Shown here in pieces: positions 37,001 to 49,867 of a DNA stretch of 64,000 nt. Position numbers and translations under genes: made by a program. The DNA lies in assembly GCA_012295275.1 (NCBI GenBank), contig CM022673.1, positions 4,402,001 through 4,466,000 on the forward strand, given 5' to 3'. Each line of letters opens with the position of its first letter. Positions within the stretch are counted from its first letter, which is position 1. The stretch comes from Chrysomallon squamiferum (Eukaryota > Animalia > Mollusca). The notes beneath the pieces were generated by a model. The model did no database searches and was not told the origin of the DNA. It saw nothing but the letters and a program-made list of their open reading frames with translations.

Positions 37001-40000
37001 AATATTTGTACTAGGATTAGGGATTTGGGTATGAGTATTGATGTTGACAAAACTGACGATTTAATTCATTATGGATTACTCTTTTTAATAATTTAGCTTT
37101 GATCCTATTAAATAATGGATATTAAATATCACTGAACATTTTTGATAGTATTTACAATATTGTTTTGTAAAAGTTTTCTTTTAAATTCTCATGTACATTC
37201 CACTGAATGAGGAAGGAATCTGGTTGTAGTAGATCCATCCATATTTATTCATACCTGGCTGCTTCAAGGTAGTGACACAAACCAAAGTGCAGATAAGGCA
37301 TCATACATAACTAAATGAAAGGAGTGGTCATGGTTTGGTGTTATTAAATGCATCATCTAATAGACTGAACAGCAAACACAGCATATGTTACTCTTAACTG
37401 TCACTATTTAGACATTATGTTTCGTTGTACAAGTTATTCTGGTAGTATTTTAAGTTGTTTGTTCTTGGAGGTTTCTTTTTTTTTCTGTTTTCTTTTTTCT
37501 TTTTTTACAACACACTTGGACTGGAACAGAACTTCATAGTTTTTAAGTGAAATTCAAAGACAATATTTAGATTTTAAAGATAGATTTATTCAACCACATT
37601 TTCCATTTTGTTCACATTTCGTGATATATATGTCATATATTTCAGCTATGTATAAAATGAAATCACATGTCCCAACCCTTTATATATATATATATATATA
37701 TATAAAACAAATAGATACTTTATTAATTAATTTCTACCCCTATATAAAAGACCAAACAATTATAGCATTATAATTATGCATAACTATAACTATACATTGT
37801 AAATAAACTGAGATAAATAATGTTTTATTTTATATATACATACATCAAGTATTTTTGTACTTGTATAATAAAAATTTATACCGTAGTAAAAGCATAAGAA
37901 ACAGTTATTTTTATAAGTCATTAATGTAAGTAATAATTTGTTAAACCTAAATTAAATTATAAACTGAATGAATTACTTAATATTTTATATCTGTGTTTAT
38001 TCTTTTGTAATTAAAAACACTATAACAATTTCCTACATAAATGTTAATTATTACTATACATTATTGTAGGTCTACATTATAAATCATTTCTTTTTCTTTT
38101 CTTGTAATCAGTAACCATAAAGAGATGATACCATAATATTAATGATGTTGTACCTCTGAATAATAGAACCACACATTCCTATAGTTAGTTTATTTAATCC
38201 AAGTAAAAGTTCATAGTTATACCTGGCATTTGACCATCTGTGAACATTAACACTAGTTTTACTTTAACAAATTTAATTTTACTGGTCATAAATAAGCCTT
38301 ACATAAAGACTTAGTTGGAATTATTAGTGATTAAACAATGGAATTCTTCATTATAGAGAACTGACAAATAATGTGTTCATTTCTAATGTTATATCATTAG
38401 ATTCCAAAGCTGGTGTTCATTATTATATCTTGCCAGGTTTTGGTGGCTTTTTTTTTTTTTTTTTTTTTTTTTTTTTGTTTTTGTTTGTTGTTGTTGGCTT
38501 TGTTTTTGGTTTTTTTTTTTTTGAGGAAGGGTTTTTCTGTTATTGTATTTTTGTTGTTGTTTTTAATTTATTTCAAGATGAAAGTAATCAGTTGGAATAA
38601 TATTTTAAAATGCTGGATTTTTCCATTTGTTTAATCCTTGTTTTCTGTTTGGTTTCAATGATGGTAATGATGTGTCATTTCACATATAAAAATTATTATT
38701 ATTATTTTTTTTATTTTTTTATTAGGGTTACTTGTTTATTGGATATTATTTTTTTTTTTCTGTTTTATATATATGATGTTGTGTGTTAACTAGGCATCTC
38801 CACAATTCGGCTTCTCATTCTGTTAGTATTGACACTGTATCTTCATAGTCTCTTTGATATCTGGTTTTGTATTCACATCAGCTGCATGCCAGCTCAGCAA
38901 ACAATACACACCTAACTTGAGTAAGAATGTCTCACTTGATTCAGTGTTCAAGACCGTGTAATGTGGGGGTTTTTGAGACTAGGTTGTATTTTCCTGTTTG
39001 GTATTTAAAGTTGTTCAGTGTTCAGAGCTTAGTAATGTTTTTTCAGAGACAGTTACCTATATATCAGTATTTAAAACATACCCACACATTCATGTTATAT
39101 TTTATTTGGATATCGACTGTTATTTTGTTTATAATCCAAAGATTAACTTTACTGATTATAAATCAAACTGCAGCATTTAAGTGATAATTATTTCAGTAAT
39201 TTGATTATACCAGTATAAATAAAAGATATGTTGTATTAAAATGAACAAAATAAAGAAAAGAAAATTTCAGTAAGAGGAATTTAAAAAATTAAGCATAGAG
39301 CATGTTTAAATTTACTTTGATTTCATTGTCTTTGTTTATTTTTAAGAAAAAAAATATGGAGAACTTTAAAAATAATTATCATGACTTTTCTTTTTTCATT
39401 TTTCTTTTTTCTTCTCTTTATTATAATTTTTCTTCTCAAGTCTTAAAGTTTAAATTTGTACCTGAGTAATAACTGAAAAAAATTTGGACAGACTGACAAT
39501 AAATAAGGGAAACCCATTGTGTTAAAAAAAGAATAGTATAAAAAGGCAGTTTGTGTGCACTGAATCATGGTGACATTAATGCAGGTGATTGAATTATTTG
39601 CACAAGTCATACACAAAGGTGTTGCTGAGTATGATTCATTAACTGGCAACTAGTCAATTCAGTTTATCACATAATAACACCAGCACTCTTTCAGATGATA
39701 TCTATAATATTTTAATAAATACACAAGTCAAATTATTGTAAATACTTCTACAAAAAAATATGAGTTGGCTGTTCATTATTCCTAATTCAAAAAAGCTTAT
39801 TAAAAGGTTGTTTTTTTTCTTTCTATTATTATTGTTATATATATATATATTTTGCATAACAAATCACTTGTAAAGTTATATACAGGCATAATTATATGAT
39901 TTAATTTGCTATGCACAAACCTTAATAAATATTTTTCTTACAAATAATCTTGTAGACAATGTATATGATCTGTTCTATGGATTTTGGAAAAGAGATAGTG

Positions 40001-43000
40001 AACCTATCATACATAATTATGCAGTTTATGAAATCGGAAAGATATATATTCAGATAAGGAAAGCAGCAAAAGGCAGGCTTATATTTTGTATTTAGGATTT
40101 ATTTGAAAGGGGATTTTATTGTTATCAGTAGGTGACATTTGCTTTTTGCTTGGATTTCATTCATTCATTTTTATTCATTGATTAGTTCATTTGTTTGTTG
40201 ATTTGTTCATAGAGGATTATGCTGTGTATTTGTTACATGATTTAGAGATTAGAATTAGTATTTTCTTTTAATCTGTTGTCATTGCCTACATGTCAAGAAG
40301 TTTTGGAAAGAACACAGAATGCATGTAAGAATGCGAATGGTTTTGAACAGGATGTTTAATGACGTGCATGGGATGAAAGCAGCATTTTATTTAGTTTATG
40401 ACAGAATGTTTAATGTTCTTGCAAATTATTCTATAAGATGGATTTTACCATTGAACAAAGTTTATTATTTTCATTTTCACTTTATTTAATTTTTTACTTT
40501 TTCTCTCTTTTTTTTTTTTCTTAATGCATGATGTTGAATTTGTTGTTTCTTTGGACGTTTTAATTTGTTCTTCTGTTGCTATAATGTATTAATTATGCTT
40601 TATAATTTATATATTTACACTTAAAATAATATATATTTACACATATCTATGTATACATATCTATTTCTACATTTCTAAATCATAAAATCCACATACATAT
40701 ACACATACTAACATATGTATATCAAGAATATTTTATACTGATAATATTTTACACTGGGAAATATCAAAAGAATATTGTAAATCAGTATTGCTGCAATGTC
40801 ATGACATAAATGTTTACCTATATGGAAACAGTTCAGTGATTACATGGTTAATAACAATTGGCAGAACCTCAAAGTTGTTTATAGATGATGATATTCAAAA
40901 TATACTTCTGAATGTAAATATTTCACATTCCAAACAGCAGGTATACTCAGCTAAACAGTGTCGTATAACCAGTTTTATTACATACAAAATATCAGTGATA
41001 CTTCATTGTAAAATGTTCCATTAGTAGCTACTGTGTATATCTGTACTGAATGAATTTATTTTAAGGAATTTAATAGATCATTTTGCATTATCATTATGAT
41101 ATGTTATTCGATCTTAATATAATATGTAAAATTATTCTAAAGTTTGAAAAATGATTCATTTGAACTAATGTATTGAAATGGATTTTTTTTAGAAATTATT
41201 TTAAAAACAAACCAAATATAGATTAAAATTTCATTGTTGTTGTTTTTTTTGGTCAAAATTTAACTCTGGTCTTTTGATATATATCAGATTAAAAGTTATG
41301 TTCATTTGTCATAATGTTCTTGATAAGATATTAATGTATAATTTACACCTGTTTAACAAGTAAGTGATTCCATTAAGTTACCAACAACTGATGTTATAAT
41401 ATGTTTTATTTTGTGGTATATTTTGACTGTAAACATTTCATCATTATTATTATAGAAAGACATTAAGTTTGTCAGTTAAAAAAAATCTAAAAGCTAACAA
41501 GAATTTTTATTAACAAGAACATAATGAAAAATATCTAGATAGAATTTTCAAACTAATCCAGAAATTAAAATTTACAAATTCTTAAATTTTTTTTATTGAT
41601 TTTAGTAAAGGTACTTGACAGAACTGAAATGTTTATTTCTCCATTTTATTTTTTTAATAATTTGTTTTCATATGGATATTTTAAAATAATTACTGTTATC
41701 AAATATAATAATAATCTACAAATTTTTAATTGTGATTACTGTAAATTCTTGCTAATTTCAGTTTAAGAAAATTTTAACTATTTTCTGACTTTTGTTATCA
41801 AAACATTTTTTGTCATTACATTCAGCAAATGAAGAAACATTTGCATGGTTATGTACAAATGCACAGTATTGATTATCCGAACAAGAATTGCTTTTAATAA
41901 TTTTAGCTGTTATTGATTTGTTTTGTTTAACTTTATGATCAGATATTTCAATCTGTTTATATTGATAGGAACAAGCCAGAGTCACATGTCAGAACAGAAA
42001 TATAATTTTCATATCAATCTTTTTTTTTAAATAATTAAAAAATAATTTTGTATGATTCACATTGGTGCATATCAAAAATCATATCAAGTTTTACATTCCT
42101 TTATATTTGATAAAAAATAATAATTTTAAATTTAAGAACACAATATCAAATGTAAATAAGAAGACAAAAACACACAAAGGTATATTTTTTTTGTTGTTGT
42201 TGTTGTATCAAAAGAAAACATTCTTGATATTTACAGATTATATTTAAAAAAAAAAAGGCTGTGCAGTTTTGTTAATTTTTCAGCATTGTATTGTTTTTGC
42301 TATAAGTGTATCCTTTTGCTTTTTGAAATAAAGGCATTATTTTAAAAAGTAATGGCTATTGTTATCTGTTTAAATATTTAAGCCCATTGTAACCAAATAT
42401 ATAAGAAGTTCTTATTCCTTCCTTATTTCTTTTTTTTATTCCTTTTTATTTTAAGCTTCATGTTTGAATATGTGACTCTGGCTTGCCCCCTTTTCCTTCT
42501 TTATTATTTGTTTACTTATTTATTTTAATTTAATTTAATTTAATTTAATGTATTTATTTCTTTCTTGGCATGTGCACGAATTGACAATATTAGTTAGCAG
42601 ATCTTTTAAAAATTGTGTTCAGTGCATGTGAAACATTCTGTATTGGTTTTGGGACTTTGGCACGAGCATAGTGGATATATGACTTAAATTTAATTCATAA
42701 AAACATAAAAACTGCAACAGTCTTTATCCCATTAATATGTGAGCCTGTCACATGATTGGATGTTTACCTGGAATTAAATGTATGTTGTCCCAAGACCAGA
42801 TTGGGGCTTATTATGACACAAACACTAAAGTATATTGTATTTGTTTTATGAAAGTTGAGTCATATGGTCACTGATAGTATGTTACCCAGTGTGTGGCCTG
42901 TGCTTTACTATAAAACTAACAAAATTGTAAGCATGCCTCTGTGCACCCAAGCTATAAAGACACCACAGTAACACCTGCTACATGAAGTTTGTTACCTGAT

Positions 43001-46000
43001 CTTTATCAGTTTCTTAATATCGTTCTTATTTTCTATATTTGAAGAAGAAAAAAAGTCCAAAGTTTCTGTGGTCTGTCTAAAAAAAATCACAAAGAGAAAA
43101 CTGATTCTGGAAAATAAAAATGAATTTACTATGTGGAAAAATTCAAGGATAATTTACTAAGTGATGGTAGCCATTGATTCAGTCTATTCACAAAACAAAT
43201 GCAAGGATATATTGCTACAAAAGCTAAAAATTGATTCAGTGTTGACAAAAAAAACAACTGTAAACAAATAAGAAAGAAAGTAAATAAAAAAGAAATTTAA
43301 AAATCAGTAAGAATAGTTTAGTGAAAAAGGAAAGACATTGACTAAAAAACAACAAACAAAAAATCCTCCAGGAATCAAATAAGAAATAGACTTTGGAATA
43401 AGAAAACAAGTTCACTAACAGAGAACTGAAGGATAGTTTAATGTGAGAGGAAAATCCCTGATTCAGCTTTTGAGTAAAGAAATATAAATGAAATCTGCAA
43501 GTGTATTATTACTCTGGGAGGAAAACCATTAACTCTGTCACAGTGAATGAACAAATCTGAAACAGATTTGAAGAACATGATGAATTTAATAAATGAAAAT
43601 GCAAGGTTAGATTACAACAGGACAAAAGCCACTAACACAACATTTGCACACAATAAGAAACTAGATTATGCAAAATAAAAACAAGCTGACCAAGTTGCAG
43701 AAATTCAAAGACAGTTCAGTATGAGAGTAAAGACATTGATTGATTACTGACCTACCAAGTAACAAACCATGCTGAGTAACACATGAATATGATTTTGTGG
43801 AAGGACAGTCACTGACCAGTGTTCTCTCAATAGAAATACATAATTGGAAAAATAAAGAGAAGTCACTAGATGATATTTTATTATGATGAAAGCTATGAAT
43901 AACATGATTGAAAATTGCAAAGATACTTTACTATGAGAGGAAAGTCAATGACTGATGTCTTAAATAAAATGAAACATTATTAAGAATCATAGAATATCTG
44001 TAGGTGAAAACTGCAAGGATAATTTGCTTGAGAATAAAACCACTAAACATCTGACAAAACACAAAGGAAATATGAAATGGAGTAATAAAGTAGAATCTGT
44101 AAATGAAAGCTGTAAAGATATATTATGATCTCTGATAGGGTGTTTGAACAAATGAGAAAAGTCATCATGAAACCAGACTGAATAAAATAAAAGTAATCTC
44201 TCCAAAGTGAAAACAAAACGTTGACAGACTCATAAGAAAAGCATTTTATTTAGAGAAAAAATCTGAGTCGTAATTTTATATGTAGGTAAATTTAATCTCA
44301 GTATCATCTGACTAATCAGGAAATTTTATCTTGTCACTTAAAACGCCAGCAGTTAAGATTTTAAGAGTCTCTATTATGAATTTCTTGACTAGGATGTTTC
44401 TTTTTAATTTGTCTTTTAGGTTGCTTGTTTGTGTTTGATTTTTGTTAGATTTTTTATTTATTTATTTATTTTGTTTATATCTATTTAATTTTTCTTTTAG
44501 CTATTATTTTATATATTTTTTAATTTATTATTATTATTTTATTATTTTTTAATGTAATGTTTGTAGAGGTGTGTAATCAGAATATGTTAATAGATGTAGT
44601 TTTGTAATCAGATTGACAAATACATTAACACATGATCATTTAAATACAGTTTTAATTACACATTAACTTATCTTTAGTCACTTTCTTTATAATTTAAATA
44701 CAAGATTAGCACCCGAGTTTTAAGTTTCAAGTTAAATATACATTTAAAAAAAAGGAAGAAGATATATTTAGGGATTACTTAATGGTACAATATTTCCTTT
44801 ATTATCTAGCACTCTTGGGTCAAAGCCAGATTCATATGAGAAGAAATTGCATATTTACGATGCTTATTTTGGGATAAACCCAAAGCAAAATGCATGTTTT
44901 GTATTATTACTGGTGCACTGTCTTTTACTTCTTTATCTCATTGATAACATACAGCCACGATATATGACATTTACAGTAAAGAGAGATTTCATCAAGTTTT
45001 AGATTTAGTTGAACACCAATGTTTGATTGGTATATTGATAGAATTTTGAACTGGATAAACCCAAAATGAACAGTTGTTACAGACACAATTCAAAACTGAA
45101 TAGTCGGGCCACAGTCGTTGTTAGAAATTCACAGACAACAAATTCAATAATTTTTTTATTTTTTCTCTAGAAATGCATACACATTAATACACATACCTAA
45201 CTGAATCTAAATCTACACAGCCAAATTTTATTTTCATTTTGATTTTGGAAGCACCAGAACTGACCTGATACCACAGAAACTTAAACTGAGAGTTTAATCA
45301 GTGGTGCTGCTGAATTGCAGGTGCAGTTATACTGAATAATATTTAAAATTTAATCAAATTAATAACAGTGCCTACATCAAATCTTTCACATTATTTTAAA
45401 TAAGCAGACGTACATGATCCTCTTGTCTAAGTTTTTAAATGATGTCAGCTTTAATCATGGAGTTAATTATGACATCAGGAAAAGGAAACCCTGCTGATGT
45501 CATGTTTCTGATTAGTGAACAAGGAAATCCTTGTTTTTCTGTTAGAACCGTATACAGTTACTAGACTGGGAAGTAATTTACTTGGTCTATCACAGCAAAT
45601 TGATCCTGAGTGTTTTCAAACTTCAGGAGAACACTACACCACTAGTTTACCTAGCCAGCATTACCTTATCTAATTGCAAAAGATTAAATTGCTTCTCACT
45701 ATACTAACATTAAAATTATTAACAAGAATCCTTTTGAAGGCCTGCACAGTTAACATACAGTCATCTTACAATCATTTCCATGTTGTATGAAACAGCTAAA
45801 TATTTGTATTAAATATGGGGATTAAATGGTTGACTAATTTTTATTAAATACTGGTATTAAATACTTGATATATAAAAAAAGTATATTAAATGACTGATGT
45901 ATTTTTATTTTGTACTGGGATTAAGTGGTTGATTAATTCTGATAAGAGACATTTATTAAAATAACCGAAATCAGATGGGAAGATCTTTGACATGAAGTAT

Positions 46001-49000
46001 GGATTTCCAAGACTCAGAGGCATAATATAATTCAACAGCTTCATTATAATGACATATTTAAACAGTGACAAGCATGAGGATGAATAATTTACAGAAGCTG
46101 GTGTTGAGAATATAAATGTATAATCATGGAGTATTATGCTTGGTGAGAGTCCTGTATGTGTCAGTGATACATAGAGAAGCATAATATTTTAAACCACTGA
46201 TTCGTGTATGAGTCAGAATAGACATTCCTAATAACAGTATAGTAATCTGTGACTAAAGAAGGGTTTTAATTGTGCTATTATTATACACGGCTTCTTTCAA
46301 TGTGGTGCAGGTTAAATTGAGTGGTGAATGCAGAGTAGGTTGTGCATTCGTCACAGTTACTGAATAATGACAGTTTTATTCCAGATTAAATTTTATAGTT
46401 GTGAAAGCTGCAAAATTATCTTCTTACAGGAAATAAAATATTACATGCATACAAATAGACAAATATGCATAACCATTTACAAATGAATATATATACAGAT
46501 ACATATATATATGAATTTACCTATGCACAGCCTGCATCATATTTTTTCCTTATTTATATCTTTCTTTCTGTCATATAGAAAGGCAGCTCTGATCTATATG
46601 ATACAGGATAACTTTTTGGCTGATCTTACTTTCTTTATGCCCCATCTCAGTGAATTCAGGCTGTAGGAAATTATGCTAAAGGTCCTTCCCAGCAACTTAG
46701 GGTAGTAGGATTAGTCCTTCACAGGTGTCCCCATTACAGTATTTCCTATTCCAAATAAACAGTTTGGTTATCATATGTAACATTTTTCCCCTATGGGAAG
46801 ATATTACAAAAAAAACATTCCTTTTTGCTGACAATTTTTAGATATTTGTACATAAATTTATGGGAAGGTATGAAAAAGCATTCCTTTTTGCTAATTGATA
46901 AGAATAGACTACTGTGTGGTATTGTAGCTATTTTCCCTTTCATTAACATTTATAGATTGCATGTCTGAGAACTTGGGTTGGAAAAAAACTTCATAGTGTT
47001 CTTTAAATGAAATACAAAGACAGTTTTTAGATATTTGTACATAGGTTTATTCAATCACATACATATGTGCCCTTTTCTTTCCACTATGTTTTGCCATGCT
47101 CGGTCAGTTTCCATCCACCCATAACTTAGCATCTTTCTGGATGATGAGCTGGTCTAAATGCAACAAACTTCTAACCCAGTAATAATTATTAATCATGAAA
47201 AGTCCTTTATTTTATTAAAATATTAATTGTATGTTACAGATGTATATTTATTGAATATTAATATTATTATTATTATTATTTTATTTTTCAGATGATAAAA
47301 TAAAGAGGTTAGCTACAGAAAAGAAACAGTTATTAGAAAAGGTGAGACAACAAAGTTCTTACAAATGATAAATTAAGAAAAAACTCTGTTTTGCATAATG
47401 TTTCAAGTTTTTCATGCTGTAGTTTTGTATTCTACACAAAGGTGGTGTCATTTTAAAATGACTACGATAATTGATCCATTTCATGGACTAATAGATATTA
47501 TTTTGTCTGTTTGCATTACAAAGAAGGATTGAGTTGCCACTACTTTAATGTCAGTGAATACACAAAGTGTGAAATATATATATTTTTTTTCTTTTTCTCT
47601 TCAGTTAAAGGCATTAGAAAATCAAGCAGATGAAAAATCAGCTGCTAGAAAAGAAGATTCATCTTCAAAAGTGCCAACAATAAATGGACCTGAGATGCAG
47701 TTATATGAATTCCAAAGTATGGACATTTTTACAAATGTTTTTCACCCGTTTATTAGTATTTATTGAAATTACTTGTTGCTTTTATTTTTCTATTTATTTT
47801 TATTTTATTTTAATTTATTTTGTTGTTGTTGTTTTTACTGACATGTATATCATTATTATCATCATTGCTGTAGTTATTTAGTATTATTATTATTGTAGTA
47901 CCCACATGAATGTGTGTGCGGGCACATAAAAGCAACAGAAATCACTACTAGATAAATGCAAACAGTTTAACAGAACACTGATTGATAAGAGAGGGAGTGA
48001 GTTTCAGAAACAAATTAATTAAATTCTGTAGTTAATTTATAGTTTTACAAGACCATTAAATCTGGGGTGACCTTTGTACAAGACATGCTAATTAACACAA
48101 CACAGAGTTAATTAAGACAAACACAAATAGGTTTGTACTTGTATTAATTCAACAAAGAAACATACTGGCAGAAAAAGAAAGAAAACAATAATAATAAACA
48201 AGATTTAGTAATATTGTATTCACTGATATTTCTGTTCTTTCAGTTAAATAATAATTTATTATATTCAGCTTTTAAAAACTAATACTCTTTGTTGTTAATG
48301 TCAATGTTTTTGTTTTCACTGATATAAGTTGACTTTAATCAGGAATAAAAACAACATGCAGAACAATAAGGAACATTTAAAAATGAAAGCAACAAATAGT
48401 CTGTCCAGTAATTTTTCTTTTCTTAATATTTTAAAGTACTCAGCAAGATTGAAACTAAATGTATTGTTTTGTGGGTTTTTTCATTATAATTTTTGTTCTT
48501 GTTGTTGATATTGTTTTGTTAGTTTATTTATTTATTTGGTTATGTTTTGTTAGCTAATGAGAGAAAAAAATGTATTTATTTATTTATTTAGTTAGTTAGT
48601 TAGTTATTTGGTTATTTTATCTTATATATTTTGTAACTTTTCAGGAGAAGCAAGTAAGACAATTCATGAGTATAAATTTAAACTACAGAAAGCTGAACAA
48701 GATATAGCAACACTAGAAGGTTCTGTAAGTATAGAAATTACTGTCAACTGGAGACTGTGTTTTATCTTGATAACAACAGCAGCATTATGATTAATAATAT
48801 TTATTTTTATATCAGTGTTCTCCACTGCTGCTATTATCCACTGGTCACAACCTACATATATTTAATATTAGCAACATTTTTACAAATTACAGTTATAGTG
48901 ATGATGTTTTGGGGTTTAGGGTGGTGTACGATTTTTTTTCTTTTTCTTTCTTTTTTTATAAATTGTTTATACTAATATACAATTCACTATAGTATATTAT

Positions 49001-49867
49001 TTTATAATCTGTTTTGCACAACATCATACAAAACAGTAAAAATAACATGACATCAAAAAACACAACCCACAACAGAAACACATTATACAAGATACGTCAT
49101 TTCAAAAGATAACCTTTAAGAATATGATAACGGAAATTAAATATAACCAAATAAAGTCTATAATTCACATATATTCACTGAGGTATTATTTTACAAAACT
49201 AAATGGAATTTTTTTAATTTTTTAATTTTTAATATTTTAATTTTTTTTTTTTTTTTTCAGGTAACGCGATTAGAGTCACAGGTTAAAAGATACAAGTCTG
49301 ATGCTGAAAGAGCAGAAGGTATGGAAGATGAACTGAAAGGAGAGAAAAGGAAATTGCAGAGAGAAGTAAGTGATAATATTTTACTGTTTCTGTCTGTGTG
49401 TGTGTGTGTGTGTGTCCTCTAAAGGTTACAGAATTCTAAGTTTCAGAGAAAATATAAGTGATACCATTTTATTATTTCTATACCAGTACAAATATTATTT
49501 TATTTAAAAACAATTTGTCAAGCTAGTAGAAGCAGCATCTGAGCTGTGCATAATATATAGCCTTCATAGTTTAACTTTGAATTGGAAGTTCATTAATTAT
49601 TGAACGAAAGGAATAGCATTAATACAAATGCAGTTTCAACATAAATATTTCTGGCTTGCGTGCACTTCACTGTATTTCATTTATTTTTTATTAAAATATT
49701 TGAAGGAAGAAATAAAATGAAATAACTGTTCTGATGTAATATTGATTGTTTTGTTTCAGCTGAGAGAGGCACAGACACAGATAGAAGAATTAACAAACCA
49801 AAACAAACATTTACATAAAAGAATGGAGAAAATTAAACAAACTCGGATGGCTCTCGGAGTGCAATGA
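19089..49867 (+). CDS. LRRFIP2: Leucine-rich repeat flightless-interacting protein (LRRFIP1/2 family), coiled-coil isoform ~395 aa, 12 exons
   Basis: Exons 19089-19172, 30818-30904, 31068-31127, 31412-31492, 31857-32027, 32410-32502, 32760-32916, 47292-47341, 47605-47716, 48645-48724, 49261-49365 and 49760-49867 total 1188 nt in frame. Family motifs: [106 protein letters not shown]. This is presumably the single invertebrate co-ortholog of LRRFIP1/2. Confidence 0.92.
30548..30792 (+). repeat. Degenerate ~70-bp tandem repeat immediately upstream of LRRFIP exon 2
   Basis: Four copies of (atatttct)tgtgaaataaag...(t)taatt occur near 30550, 30615, 30688 and 30762. Confidence 0.65.
32760..35759 (+). 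CDS. Alternative composite terminal exon of LRRFIP (read-through of the 32917 donor) encoding a ~950-aa acidic disordered tail; long isoform ~1191 aa
   Basis: A 3000-nt uninterrupted ORF starts at the exon-7 acceptor (cag at 32757-32759), continues in frame through the internal donor after ...KAGEGSL(G), and is strongly E/D/S/N/K-rich. It ends [14 protein letters not shown], and the stop overlaps AATAAA (35755-35760). An ORF this long is not expected by chance in such AT-rich intron DNA. Confidence 0.85.
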   Translation, partial: ESGLVIVSAGEDGKYVLQKSDSLSNGPVPTGNTALLNMETIEILQKAGEGSLGTAGIDCSDRSMHGNHNGQVAPSEQHVCESEPKVDSDAHESIFETGASNVSPVTAHDDALVDKKVTGGMSEQIVNDGCNEMHNISQNVNTEVNKDVNTEIQNVEESVNISEAVVTAETKPEILGDSLAFDLDGEGNMKGERSGDDSGISSPVGLPNIMVTDSTGSKISLQSCQSDEEGDEFFDAISATPSPYEKHKFYIPVNTEGDLGEVDVQEISETTEKVEEKAADENVFEDSNISLDVEKQCSENKEDSEYSESVSIQKDSEVDEEEARKLGMNDESSGLGLVVDESKVCSNVSSKLEIGNHESDKDLGVTKEDDKDIFEDSTTNTADVSDSDKADTHVSKSDKELSDTSNRDNDKSEALSEVNFESKADVEMSKSEDIDEQKVDSHSDIDQVTQNSNKEKVDTEKDDVCTESEISKQAEANIPEDQAEYKDSDSSKDLSKNTVQEEETVIKPMTVFVESPETEDAAVGVTLESNAKSSNDVVNSTDKNKTESQIDNTPALDETTKPEINTEKEKGEGICKDDKEVEESREKYSGNENTDTDKDNLNNAEITSEVNTVSEVKTSVEITESKELPAASDESVNKVAKLNDELKNDYDEKSNEEEVQNESKLESSVSEVISQENVEDDSKVENIENDGNAEDDSKVENIENDGNVEDDSKVGNIENDGNAEDDKKMDTNENALETPITQQLETSEVDEKNNGDKLDESKGENDTLGEDKPKVNLEVTSVIEKPESNVDAEAVKNVNAEVQDEQIREPKETSGPDKTEKNNEAEIQDECKEENNTNEDEAKENSRKAEENNERETENKSRAEDEAPEEKPEAIVASDDKDTNPNTEKEGSPSAASDDILDDDVYSFDDIDEVLEDDAHNKSNTEETKIKKVESISDNSQPEDNQAQEATGGQEDTKDEEDLESHLDSLSSEVKDSKEERSQQRKSKRFGKFFKNIFK
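34788..34937 (+). repeat. Coding minisatellite, 45-bp unit x ~3.3 (N[VA]EDDSKV[EG]NIENDG)
   Basis: Near-identical aatg(t/c)tgaagatgattcaaaggtgg(a/g)aaacattgaaaatgatggt units begin at 34788, 34833 and 34878, followed by a partial fourth copy. Confidence 0.95.
43130..44170 (+). repeat. Degenerate purine-rich repeat array (~10-11 diverged units, spacing mostly ~100 bp)
   Basis: A recurring core resembling gaaaa(c/t)tgcaaggata(a/t)tttactatgagaggaaa(g/a)(t/c)ca(t/c)tga(c/t)t occurs near 43136, 43195, 43300, 43421, 43490, 43595, 43700, 43781, 43910, 44006 and 44105. Confidence 0.65.
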
